This document shows positions 1-9,597 of a stretch of 64,000 nucleotides of DNA, piece by piece (within the stretch, counting starts at the first letter, position 1; each line of letters begins with the position of its first letter). The stretch comes from an uncultured archaeon (GTDB lineage: Archaea > Thermoplasmatota > Thermoplasmata > Thermoplasmatales > Thermoplasmataceae), in the NCBI GenBank assembly GCA_000965745.1, contig CP009479.1:864001-928000 (forward strand), given 5' to 3'. The notes below the pieces were generated by a model. That model was not told where the DNA came from and did not search any database. It was given only the letters and a program-made list of their open reading frames with translations. Made by a program: the position numbers and the translations under genes.

Positions 1-795
1 TTCCAATACTTTCCTTTATGAGATCCAGCTCAGTCTGCCCGCTCTCCCCGGATTGCCCAAGGAGGAGCCTTAAGACACTGTTTGATATCAGTAGAAGTGG
101 TGTGGACACATAACCTGCTCAAATCAGTTTTTCCTTGGTTTTGAAAACGTCCTCAAGTACCTGTCCTGACTTCGACCGGTCTCCGGGTTTCATCTTTTCT
201 GATCTCTTGCCGTGGGACAGTTCGTGATCGGTTAGAAGTTCATTTCCGAGAAGCAATTCAAATTTTCTGACGTTTTCTTTTTCCTCCTCTTTCATGTACG
301 CCTCGACACCGCCTTTTCTCAATGAAAAATCGTGAACAAATCGCTTTAATGGAAGAATTCTCTTCTCATCCTCAGGAGGGGGAATTCCGTTTCCTGACCA
401 CTCACTCTACAAACCTGAAACTCTTGAAGGGGCAGCATTTTACCCTCATTATTTCCCATCTTGGAATCACCTCTTGGGATGGCTCCGAATCCTTCCGGAG
501 CATCTCCCGTTGACAGCAGGCCGGACGCCTCGTCCCACCCTTCTTTCATCTTCCCGAACTCTTCAGGTTCGTGCTCATAAAGGAGCCTCATAAACTCGCC
601 AAAGTGCGTTATCTCTTCCTTCGCTATGTCTTCATGGGCCTTCTTGAATGCCCCGTCCGGAATAAGGCTGGACTGCTGTTCATAGAAGTTAATGGCGTCT
701 AGCTCTGCAGCAAGCGCAAGCCTTATGGAGCGCGTAATTTCTTCAGGGCTCATCTTTTCCTTTCTTGAAAGCTCACTCGGATCCTTAGAATAACA
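1..795 (-). pseudogene. Ferritin-like (Flp)-encapsulin shell fusion, disrupted by a frameshift near 365-385 and an in-frame TGA at 119-121; runs off the window edge
   Basis: 346..753 has Flp motifs ALAAELDAINFYEQ and IAKEEITHFGEF. The reading continues in another frame (RILPLKRFVHDF...KMKPGDRSKSGQVLEDV...*AGY...ESGQTELDLIKE), resembling the Pyrococcus-type fused encapsulin shell. Confidence 0.7.
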
Positions 796-966
796 CCAAC
801 AACCACATTTTCATAATCTTAATTCGTATTAACGGTCTTCGGACAGCCTGATTATGGCACAAAACAGCTACCTTTATCCCAATGGGTGGTTTGAAGTTCT
901 CCAGCCAAATTCACGCAGGAATTACGATATAAATTTATAACTGCATAGTTTACTAAAATTGATATT

Positions 967-2829
967 TTGAACATTCCTTACGAACTCAGAGATTACCAGA
1001 AGAAAACCATAGATTTCATCACAAGGTCAATTTCAAGCAACGTTGGCGCAGCCGTAGAATCGCCCACGGGATCCGGAAAGACACTCATGGGCCTGATCTC
1101 AGCAATGAAATATGTTGAGTCAAACCCCGGTTGCAAGATCCTTTATCTTACGCGGACAAACTCTCAGCAGGAACAGGTTATAACGGAACTCAGGGAGATC
1201 AACCGCACCTTCAGAATAAAAGCGCTCCCATTTCAGGGCCGTGGAAATTTGTGCACACTCTATCATGAAATTGAAGGAAATGATGAATTCAATTCCGAAA
1301 GTCTTTCAAAGTTCTGCTCTGCCAGGAAAAAGAAGGTCATGGCAGGAAACCAGAAGGCATGCAGGTTCTTCAATGAGAAGGTGAAGTCCGAGGAAACTTC
1401 AGAGAAGATATTTTCAGAACTTCCGACTGCAGAGCAGCTTTACAGGTACGGGATTAAGAACGTCGTCTGCCCGTACGAGTCCCTGAAGTCGGCGATGACA
1501 AAGTCAGATGTCGTGGTGGCCCCATATGCATTTTTCCTTAATGTTCCAGTGGCCGAGAGGTTCCTTAACCACTGGGGCGTAACGAGAGACAATCTTGTAG
1601 TGGTTATGGATGAAGCACATAATCTTCCTGATCTGGCTAGGGAGGTTTCATCGTTTGAAATATCAGTCAACCAGATAAACATGGCAGAAAAGGAAGCGGT
1701 CGAGTTCGGGGACATAGAGCTTATGCCAAGGGTACGCGCATCAGACTTCACGGAGATGATCAGGTCAGGCATGCTCAGCCTCGTTGATGACAGGCTCGAA
1801 GGAAGGGAAGATACGCGAATCAGATTTGACGAGTTCAGGGAGTATGTAATGATGACAAACTCCGTGAACAGTGAAAAATTCAGGAATCTTATTGTGTATC
1901 TCAGCATCCTCGGCGAAGATATCCTGTCCAAGAAAGAGAACGAGGGGAAAGTTCCAAGGTCAAGGGTAAACGCCCTTGCGGAGCGACTGCAGATGTGGGA
2001 GGACGTGGACGACGATCGCTATGTTGCTATCCTCTCTAACAGAAAAAACGGCTCTATTGAAGCGTTCTGCCTTGACCCCTCCCTGATCCTCTCTCCCCTG
2101 AAGGAGTCCAAGACCATACACATGTCAGGAACGCTTGAACCGGTTGAGATATACAAGAATGTGACTGGGTTCCAGTCCATAAAGCACAGATCAATCCCTT
2201 ACATGTTCCCCGACGAGAGAAGGTCTGTGATTTACTATGAAGGTGTTACTACCAAATTTGACGAGTTTGACCGCAATGAGGTGACAAAGATGAGAGACCT
2301 CATCTCGGAGCTTGTCAATACAGTAAAGAGGAACAGCATCGTATTCTTCCCTTCGTACAGCACTCTCGACAAAGTGGCAGAAGCTGGATTCGATTTCCCG
2401 TACCTATCGGAGAAGAGGGGATCATCCCAGGTGGAGTCCATGGACATGGTAAGGAAATTCAGGAAAGGTGGAAAGCCGATTCTTGCTGTTGCAGGAGGGA
2501 AACTGTCAGAAGGAATGAATTTCCCGGGGAAGGAACTGGAAATGGTAATAATTGCAGGGATACCTTATCCCAGGCCCGATGCCCGTCAACGTTCAGTCTA
2601 CGGCTACTATGAACATCTCTACAGGAGAGGGTGGGAATATTCTGTCACTTTCCCCACGCTTATCAAGCTGAAACAGGAAATAGGGCGCCTTATAAGGACT
2701 GAGGAAGACACTGGCATGGCGGTCATACTGGATAAGCGAGCCTCGTATTTCAGGAGCTACATACCGTTCATGATGCTCAGTGAAGATCCTGTACGAGACG
2801 CATTCAAATTTTTTAACAGATTCGAATAG
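967..2829 (+). CDS. xpd: XPD/Rad3-family Fe-S DNA helicase
   Basis: ESPTGSGKT Walker A, DEAH, Fe-S cysteines (LC..FC..AC..VCPY), SEGMNF, QEIGRLIR; 620 aa. Confidence 0.95.
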   Translation: MNIPYELRDYQKKTIDFITRSISSNVGAAVESPTGSGKTLMGLISAMKYVESNPGCKILYLTRTNSQQEQVITELREINRTFRIKALPFQGRGNLCTLYHEIEGNDEFNSESLSKFCSARKKKVMAGNQKACRFFNEKVKSEETSEKIFSELPTAEQLYRYGIKNVVCPYESLKSAMTKSDVVVAPYAFFLNVPVAERFLNHWGVTRDNLVVVMDEAHNLPDLAREVSSFEISVNQINMAEKEAVEFGDIELMPRVRASDFTEMIRSGMLSLVDDRLEGREDTRIRFDEFREYVMMTNSVNSEKFRNLIVYLSILGEDILSKKENEGKVPRSRVNALAERLQMWEDVDDDRYVAILSNRKNGSIEAFCLDPSLILSPLKESKTIHMSGTLEPVEIYKNVTGFQSIKHRSIPYMFPDERRSVIYYEGVTTKFDEFDRNEVTKMRDLISELVNTVKRNSIVFFPSYSTLDKVAEAGFDFPYLSEKRGSSQVESMDMVRKFRKGGKPILAVAGGKLSEGMNFPGKELEMVIIAGIPYPRPDARQRSVYGYYEHLYRRGWEYSVTFPTLIKLKQEIGRLIRTEEDTGMAVILDKRASYFRSYIPFMMLSEDPVRDAFKFFNRFE

Positions 2830-3920
2830 TGCAGTATTAGGTGTTATCATAGGTATAATAGCTGGACTGGGCTCACTTGCTCTTTACTACGCAATAGAAA
2901 TGGTGACAAATCTGTTTTTCACAGGAGTGGACTGGCCTGACTCTCCCCGATCCTGGAGGTGAGGGAGGTTCCCTTAACTGCTCTTTCGGGCACTATGGGA
3001 GACTGTTAATACCGGTTTCAACAGTTGCCGGAGGCCTGATCTCTGCTTTCACTGTATACCGGTTCGCCCCGGAGACAGAGGGCCATGGGACAGACGCGGC
3101 AATAGCAGCTGTCCACAGGAGCACCAAGATCAAACCCCAGATACCGAGTGTAAAGCTTCTGTCATCAGCAGTCACCATAGGGACCGGCGGAAGTGGAGGA
3201 AAGGAAGGCCCTGCCGCCCTGATTGCTTCCGGATACGGCTCTTTTGTTGCAGATGTTTTCCACATGAGCGATCATGACTGAAGAATTGCCATGGCTGCAG
3301 GCATAGGTGCTGGCATTGGCAGCACTTTCCTTGCCCCTTTCGGTGGAGCCTTGCTCAGCACAGAAATACTCTACAAACAGGATTTTGAAGCTGAAGCACT
3401 GATTCCTTCACCACAGCCATCGCATACTTTGTTTCAGGCACTGGCAACACCATTTACAGGGCACAGTATCTGAACAGGGCTGCCTCTCCTGCGCACAGGC
3501 TGGAATACCCGAAGCCGGTAATGGAGGAAGTAGCCGTCTATGATGCAATGGAAAGGAATTATGGAAGAGTCTCACCAGAAATGGGTATGAGGGAAGCCCT
3601 CATCATTCTTCATTCCACCAGGACCAAGGGTGTTGTGGTTAAGAGAGATGGGGAGCTTGAGGGATACCTCTCCCTTGAAGACGATAAATATGGCATGGAT
3701 CTCTACGGCATCTCAGTAAGCGACATCACGTCAAGGGACCCACTGACCATTTCCAAGGATGAAAACATAAACGTGTCATTGAATCTGCTGACAAAATCCA
3801 CTTCCGGAAAGCTTATCGTAGTGGAAGAAGACCTTCCAGGGAACTCTCGTGTTTGGGGACGTTGCAGAAGCATACAACAGGGAGATCAGACTGATCAAGT
3901 CCAGGCTCATGGCGGAATAG
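2827..3920 (+). pseudogene. ClC chloride channel with C-terminal CBS domains, fragmented
   Basis: ClC motifs GHGTDAAI, GSGGKEGP and APFGGALLSTE are spread over frames with stops. CBS-like fragment at 3521-3920. The 5' end and middle are missing. Confidence 0.85.
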
Positions 3921-4005
3921 TCGCGAATATGCAATAATATGGCGCCGTTTTGCCAAAAATGGCAAAATAGTAATACCTTGAATTGCAATATGAAAGAATA
4001 CTGTA

Positions 4006-4464
4006 ATGGCACTGAAGAGCGAGGATATTGGCAAGATCAGGAACGCTGAAATCTCAGATATCGAGAGAGTGGTTGAAATTGCAAACTCGTCTCTTACTGA
4101 GTATTACACCACAAATCTGATGATGGATCTGTATCATTCCTGGAGGGATGCCTTCATGGTTTACACCCTCAACGATCGCATCATAGGTTTCATAGCAGGG
4201 GGAAAATTCTCAAGGACTGAGGCACGCATACTTCTCCTTGCGGTTGAAGAAAAGTTCAGGCATCTGGGAATCGGTAAAGCCTTGATGAATGATTTCATTG
4301 ATTTGTGCAGGATGCACAACATAATGAGTATAAGGCTTGAGGTGAGGACCGACAACACAGAAGCAATTCATTTCTACCAGAAATACGGGTTCTCCACTAT
4401 ATCCACAATAAGGGCCTACTACAGTGACTCATCAGACGCCTATCTTATGTGGAAATTAATATAA
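4006..4464 (+). CDS. rimI: RimI/Ard1-family N-terminal acetyltransferase
   Basis: GNAT motifs FRHLGIGKAL, LEVRTDN.EAIHFY, YYSDSSDAYLM. Confidence 0.9.
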   Translation: MALKSEDIGKIRNAEISDIERVVEIANSSLTEYYTTNLMMDLYHSWRDAFMVYTLNDRIIGFIAGGKFSRTEARILLLAVEEKFRHLGIGKALMNDFIDLCRMHNIMSIRLEVRTDNTEAIHFYQKYGFSTISTIRAYYSDSSDAYLMWKLI

Positions 4465-4473
4465 AAAAGGGAT

Positions 4474-5676
4474 TTAGAATACAGACAGCTTGCCGTCAAC
4501 AAACATCTGTGTGAGGTCTGTTATGTGTGCAAGTCTTTCATCTGCAATTCTTCTTATGTTGTTCTTGTGCTTTGACTCGTCCACGCCATCTGCATATATT
4601 GCATGAATGCTTGCCACGTGCGGGTCATCGATCGGCCTTCCGATCTGGGACACGATCCTGACAAGAACCTCTTCCACATCATTGCCTGTTTCCTTGACAA
4701 TGTCCTGTGCTATTAGGTTTGAAAGAACATTGTAGAGCTTTCCGACGTGTGTTACAGGATTCTTTCCTGCAGCGGCTTCCATACTCATCGCTCTGTATGG
4801 CGTGATAATGCCGTTTACTCTGTTTCCTCTTCCAACTGACCCGTCATCCCCGTTCTCCATGGAAAGGCCAGTGACTGTGAGATAGGTCGCCGATTTTTCA
4901 TCGCCCTCTTCATCCGCTGTGTTAACGAATACATTTACATCCTTGTCCGTGAACTTGACAGCATTGTCTTTCACCATGTTCATGAGCTCTTCCTTGATGG
5001 AGAAATACTCTTTTCTGTCCTTGACGTATTTGTCCACATAAGCTGCAGCTATGGTCAGGTTTATTGTATCTTTCTGCCTGAACCCCATTACCTTCACATC
5101 GTATCCAATCGCGGGCAACTTGCTCTTAAGGGCCCCATTCACATAGTTTTCGGTTTCAAGGACAAGCCTCTCTGTATCACTGTAGGGCGCGAAACCGACG
5201 CCGAATGAAGTATCATTTGCCCTCAGCTTTGAAGTGTCATACACATCAATAAGATCTATTGAGCCGTGGCCAATTCTGGAATCTATCATTATGTCGGAGT
5301 CAAGGTCAAGGTGCTTGAAATTGGAAGAAAGGTAGCTCTTGGTTGCTTTTATTGCAAGAGACTTGAAAGGTATCCTGTCCTTCCCGACTGTTGTAGTAGC
5401 CCTACCGCTCAACAGAATATATGTCGGCTCAAGAACAACACCGCCGCCAAACTTAGGTGCTGACTGACCTCCCACGACCTCTACCTGGTCTGTGTTATGG
5501 TGAAGTATCCTTCCATATTCTTTGAGGTAATATTTGCTGAGTTCTCTGCTTACTGCTTCTGCAATGCCATCAGAGACACTATCCGGGTGACCTTTTCCCT
5601 TTCTTTCTACTATTTCGACCTCTTTTTTCGCTGTTGGAATCTGACACAGTGTTTCTACTGAAATGTTTCTAGCCAT
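4474..5676 (-). CDS. mat: S-adenosylmethionine synthetase, archaeal type
   Basis: [50 protein letters not shown]. Confidence 0.97.
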   Translation of the reverse strand: MARNISVETLCQIPTAKKEVEIVERKGKGHPDSVSDGIAEAVSRELSKYYLKEYGRILHHNTDQVEVVGGQSAPKFGGGVVLEPTYILLSGRATTTVGKDRIPFKSLAIKATKSYLSSNFKHLDLDSDIMIDSRIGHGSIDLIDVYDTSKLRANDTSFGVGFAPYSDTERLVLETENYVNGALKSKLPAIGYDVKVMGFRQKDTINLTIAAAYVDKYVKDRKEYFSIKEELMNMVKDNAVKFTDKDVNVFVNTADEEGDEKSATYLTVTGLSMENGDDGSVGRGNRVNGIITPYRAMSMEAAAGKNPVTHVGKLYNVLSNLIAQDIVKETGNDVEEVLVRIVSQIGRPIDDPHVASIHAIYADGVDESKHKNNIRRIADERLAHITDLTQMFVDGKLSVF

Positions 5677-5853
5677 TGTGCTTCCTCTTCCGTTCATATT
5701 TAAAGAATATTAAATCTTTTGTTGTCGTCTTTGTGAAAATTACCCATATCATAAAAATATTACTAATGGTAATACAATGTGTGACAAGGTCTTTCAAGCA
5801 GTGTGTCCGGTAATAATTACAGTATTATTCAGGAGAATATTGCCCGGGCATTA

Positions 5854-6108
5854 TTAGCTGCTGGGTTCGGGCCCATATTCCGGAAGATCGGAAAGGCTCA
5901 TGTCCGGGTGTTTCTCCCTCCATTCCTCCTCATGCATCTTGCCCTGTGGCCTGACCTGGTCAAAGGCTTTTTTTCCGCATATCGGGCACTTGAAATAAAG
6001 CTCCGCGAAAATATGTGGCCTCAGAATGTCAGATGCCCTGAATTCATGCAAAAATTCATTGCTGCAGGAAGAACACCTGATCTTCCAGATATGAACCATT
6101 CTTTCCAT
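5854..6108 (-). CDS. Small zinc-ribbon protein
   Basis: Two CxxC motifs (CSSC, CPIC); 84 aa. Confidence 0.7.
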   Translation of the reverse strand: MERMVHIWKIRCSSCSNEFLHEFRASDILRPHIFAELYFKCPICGKKAFDQVRPQGKMHEEEWREKHPDMSLSDLPEYGPEPSS

Positions 6109-6209
6109 TATTATATAACAACGAGGAGTTTATTAATATTACTTCGGCCGCAGTTCCCGGCGGGGGCGGGATAAGTCATTTTAATATTGGAAAGGCACAT
6201 TACTTTACG

Positions 6210-7712
6210 ATGAAGGTTTTCATTAGCGTCTTCGACAAAACTGGCCTTGTACAATTCATAAAAGGAATTTCAAACCACCTGGACGAGATATATTCCACCG
6301 GGGGGAGCTACAAGCACCTCAAGGAAAATGGAATCGACGTGAGGAACAGTTCGGAACTCACCGGTTTTGGAGAAATACTTGGGGGGAGGGTCAAGACACT
6401 GCATCCGAAGGTCTTTTCCGGAATCCTTTCAAACAGGGACCAGAAGAGCAGAGAGGAAACTGACAGCATTGGCGCACCCGAGTTTGACATGGTAGTGGTT
6501 AATTACTATCCTTTCGAAAAGGCAGCATCAAGCGGAAACCTCGACGAAATGATCGAAAATATTGACATAGGGGGGGTCTCACTCGTAAGGGCAGCTGCAA
6601 AGAACTACAGGAATGTGATCGTGCTCACCGACCCCTCACATTACAAAGTAGTGTCGGAAGAACTGTCACAGATGGGCTCAATCTCCATGAGGACAAGGGA
6701 GATGCTTGCCATGAGGGCAATGGCGAGGACAGCTGAGTATGACGTGAATATATACAACTCGCTCTACAGGAAGCTGAACAACACAGTTCCTGAGGAACTT
6801 TTCCTGCATTACAAGGGGAAGGAGGAGCTCAGGTATGGGGAAAACCCGGACCAGAAGGGATACCTTTTCTCTGACGGAAGCAGGAATGGCATTGCAAACG
6901 CTGAGCAGTTGAACGGGAAGCAGCTTTCATACAACAACCTTGTTGATGCTGATGCAGCCTTTGAGACAGCACTTGAATTCGATGAGACAACCGCGGTTGT
7001 GGTAAAACATAACACTCCATGCGGAGTGTCTTCAGGAAACACACTTGCGGAAGCACTGAGGAAGGCAATCGACGCTGACAGTGAGTCTGCATACGGTTCA
7101 GTGATTGCACTGAACCGCAAGGTTGACATGGCTACGCTTGACGAGATGAAAAAGCGCTTCATAGAGGTGCTTATTGCACCGGATTATGATGAAGATGCAC
7201 TGGAGCGCCTTAGAACCAGGAAGAACTTGAGAGTCCTGAAGGTTCCGTTCATCAGGGACGATTCCCTCAGGTACAAGGCCATCTCAAACGGAATAGTTGC
7301 CCAGACTCCTTTAAGGTCAGATTTTGGCACGCCCATACTCAAGACCAAGAAAGAAGCAGGCAAGGATGTCATGCGGGATATGGAGTTTGCCTGGAAGGTT
7401 GTAGCGCACTGCAGGAGCAATGCAATCGTTCTTGCGAAGGACAGGACCACGGTCGGAATCGGCGGAGGCCAGACATCCAGGATTGAGGCAATGAGAATAG
7501 CAACCGCAAAGGCAGGAGAAAAGGCAAGGGGGGCAGTCCTGGCATCAGACGCATACTTCCCGTTTTCGGATAATGTGGAACTTGCTGCAGAGAGCGGCGT
7601 GTCGGCTATCATTCAACCCGGAGGCTCAATCAGGGACGAGGAAGTTATAGACGCCTCTGACAGGCTTGGCGTGCCTCTTTACTTCACGGAAAAGAGAGTC
7701 TTCCTACACTGA
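6210..7712 (+). CDS. purH: Bifunctional AICAR formyltransferase/IMP cyclohydrolase
   Basis: GRVKTLHP, ENIDIGG, LRYGENPDQ, KHNTPCG, ASDAYFPF, QPGGSIRD. Confidence 0.97.
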   Translation: MKVFISVFDKTGLVQFIKGISNHLDEIYSTGGSYKHLKENGIDVRNSSELTGFGEILGGRVKTLHPKVFSGILSNRDQKSREETDSIGAPEFDMVVVNYYPFEKAASSGNLDEMIENIDIGGVSLVRAAAKNYRNVIVLTDPSHYKVVSEELSQMGSISMRTREMLAMRAMARTAEYDVNIYNSLYRKLNNTVPEELFLHYKGKEELRYGENPDQKGYLFSDGSRNGIANAEQLNGKQLSYNNLVDADAAFETALEFDETTAVVVKHNTPCGVSSGNTLAEALRKAIDADSESAYGSVIALNRKVDMATLDEMKKRFIEVLIAPDYDEDALERLRTRKNLRVLKVPFIRDDSLRYKAISNGIVAQTPLRSDFGTPILKTKKEAGKDVMRDMEFAWKVVAHCRSNAIVLAKDRTTVGIGGGQTSRIEAMRIATAKAGEKARGAVLASDAYFPFSDNVELAAESGVSAIIQPGGSIRDEEVIDASDRLGVPLYFTEKRVFLH

Positions 7713-7792
7713 GGAGATGCCTCTTTTCCCAAATGGGAACACAATTCTTCCCACCCGGTAAATGGTTTTAAGGGTTCCCGGATTGTCAAAAC

Positions 7793-8722
7793 ATGGATTA
7801 TGTCACTCTTGGAAAATCTGACCTGAAGGTACCAGTCGTAGGTTTTGGTGCCTGGCAGGCAGGAAAATCTGGCTGGGGGGAAGACTACACGGATGAGGAC
7901 AGCATCAAGGCAATCAGGTACTCTCTGGACCATGGGGTAAATTTCATCGATACCGCAGAAGTCTATGGCTACGGCCATTCTGAAGAGGTTGTGGCAAAGG
8001 CAATGGAAGGTTATGCCCGTGATGACGTTGTCATTGCAACCAAGGTAGCAGGATACCACTTTCGTTACAAGGACGTGATCAAGGCAGCAGAGAACAGCCT
8101 TAAGAGGCTGAATACCGATTATATTGACCTGTACCAGCTTCACTGGCCGGACAACTACACCCCTGTCGGAGAGACGATGTCTGCAATGGAGCAGCTGGTC
8201 AAAGAAGGAAAAATCAGGAACATAGGGCTGTGCAACTTCCCAAGGCCACTTGTAGAGGAGATATACGCCAAGAAGAGCCCTGACCTGCCCATTGTATCAA
8301 ACCAGATGAGATACAATATGATTCAGAGAGAGGTTGAGGGTGAACTGTATCCCTATATGAAGCAGAAGGGAATCAGCATGATTGCATGGAGCCCCATTGC
8401 CAAAGGTCTTCTTACCGGCAAGTACAACGAAGGAAATATTCCCGGTGATGAAATAAGGAAAGGAGATGCCCTTTTCACGAAGGATAACCTGAAAAGGCTT
8501 ACCGGCCTGTTGAACGAGATCAGCGAGATTTCGGAAAAGCACGGAAAAACAATGGCACAGGTTTCTTTGAACTATCTCATTTCCAAGGAAGCGATTGTGA
8601 TACCGGGGGCAAAAAATGTCAAACAGGCAGAGGAAAACATGGGTGCTGCTGGCTGGAAACTGTCCAAATCGGAAGTCGATTCACTGGACAGGGCTTCAGA
8701 CGTGGAACTCACATATTCCTAG
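7793..8722 (+). CDS. Aldo/keto reductase
   Basis: DTAEVYG, IATK, DLYQLHWP, IPGAK motifs. Confidence 0.93.
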   Translation: MDYVTLGKSDLKVPVVGFGAWQAGKSGWGEDYTDEDSIKAIRYSLDHGVNFIDTAEVYGYGHSEEVVAKAMEGYARDDVVIATKVAGYHFRYKDVIKAAENSLKRLNTDYIDLYQLHWPDNYTPVGETMSAMEQLVKEGKIRNIGLCNFPRPLVEEIYAKKSPDLPIVSNQMRYNMIQREVEGELYPYMKQKGISMIAWSPIAKGLLTGKYNEGNIPGDEIRKGDALFTKDNLKRLTGLLNEISEISEKHGKTMAQVSLNYLISKEAIVIPGAKNVKQAEENMGAAGWKLSKSEVDSLDRASDVELTYS

Positions 8723-9597
8723 AAAACGTTGAACATGAGGTAGGCAGCGAGAAATCCCAGTATAACACCTGAATTTATGAAAGGCAGGCCAGGGGCCGGC
8801 TTCTTCACAAGGTCGGAGAAGAGAAGTATCATTCCGATGATCCCTCCCAGGAGTGGTAGCAGTATGAACCAGATCATATGGTCCCTTCCGAACATTGCGG
8901 AGGAAACAACCATTATGCTTGGAAGGGCGACATCACCAAATCCAAGCATCAATGCCCTCCTCTCCCCTTCCTGGTCTATCCTCACGTCCTCAAGTTTCAC
9001 ACCTCTCTTTGTAGGCATAACAAAAAGGAGGGGGAGTGACTCATTGATGGCTACCTCTGCCAGGCTTACCATGTGCTTCGTCTTGTAAACTGAGATATAA
9101 TCATACACGGCAAAGGCAATAAGGAAAATTACTGCCGCCCATATGCCTACTATGACACCCCATATGGCAGAGACCCCGGCTGAAAGGAAGAATCCGGCCA
9201 GGTTGGTAACAAACCAGTTGTTCCTGAATATCAGGAAGTAGGCATAAATCAGGGGCGCTGCTATTATTATGATGTAATACTGGAGATACGTGTTGGCTAT
9301 CACTGTTCCGACTATAAGGAACACGTAGAACACAACATAAATGATAAGAAACAGGAATATTGCCCTCATTATCCGCATTTTCTTCTTCTTTGCAAGATAG
9401 AGGATAAAAAACGTCACAGCTATGGCAAACACCATGTAAACAAGGACAGTACTGATCCCGGTTGTCGGCGTGGTATTTGAGAAGCCCGCATTCTGCTGTA
9501 TCAATATGGTCGCAAGGAATATTGCAAAGAGGGAAGAGAGGACAAATAGGACAAGTGTGGAAATCTCAGGAACTCTTAGCCTTATCAGACTTCTCAC
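8719..9597 (-). CDS. Presenilin-family intramembrane aspartyl protease (PSH)
   Basis: AVYDYISV, LGFGD and PGLP motifs; multiple TM helices. Start moved to the GTG at 9597 to limit overlap with topA. Confidence 0.9.
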   Translation of the reverse strand: MRSLIRLRVPEISTLVLFVLSSLFAIFLATILIQQNAGFSNTTPTTGISTVLVYMVFAIAVTFFILYLAKKKKMRIMRAIFLFLIIYVVFYVFLIVGTVIANTYLQYYIIIIAAPLIYAYFLIFRNNWFVTNLAGFFLSAGVSAIWGVIVGIWAAVIFLIAFAVYDYISVYKTKHMVSLAEVAINESLPLLFVMPTKRGVKLEDVRIDQEGERRALMLGFGDVALPSIMVVSSAMFGRDHMIWFILLPLLGGIIGMILLFSDLVKKPAPGLPFINSGVILGFLAAYLMFNVF

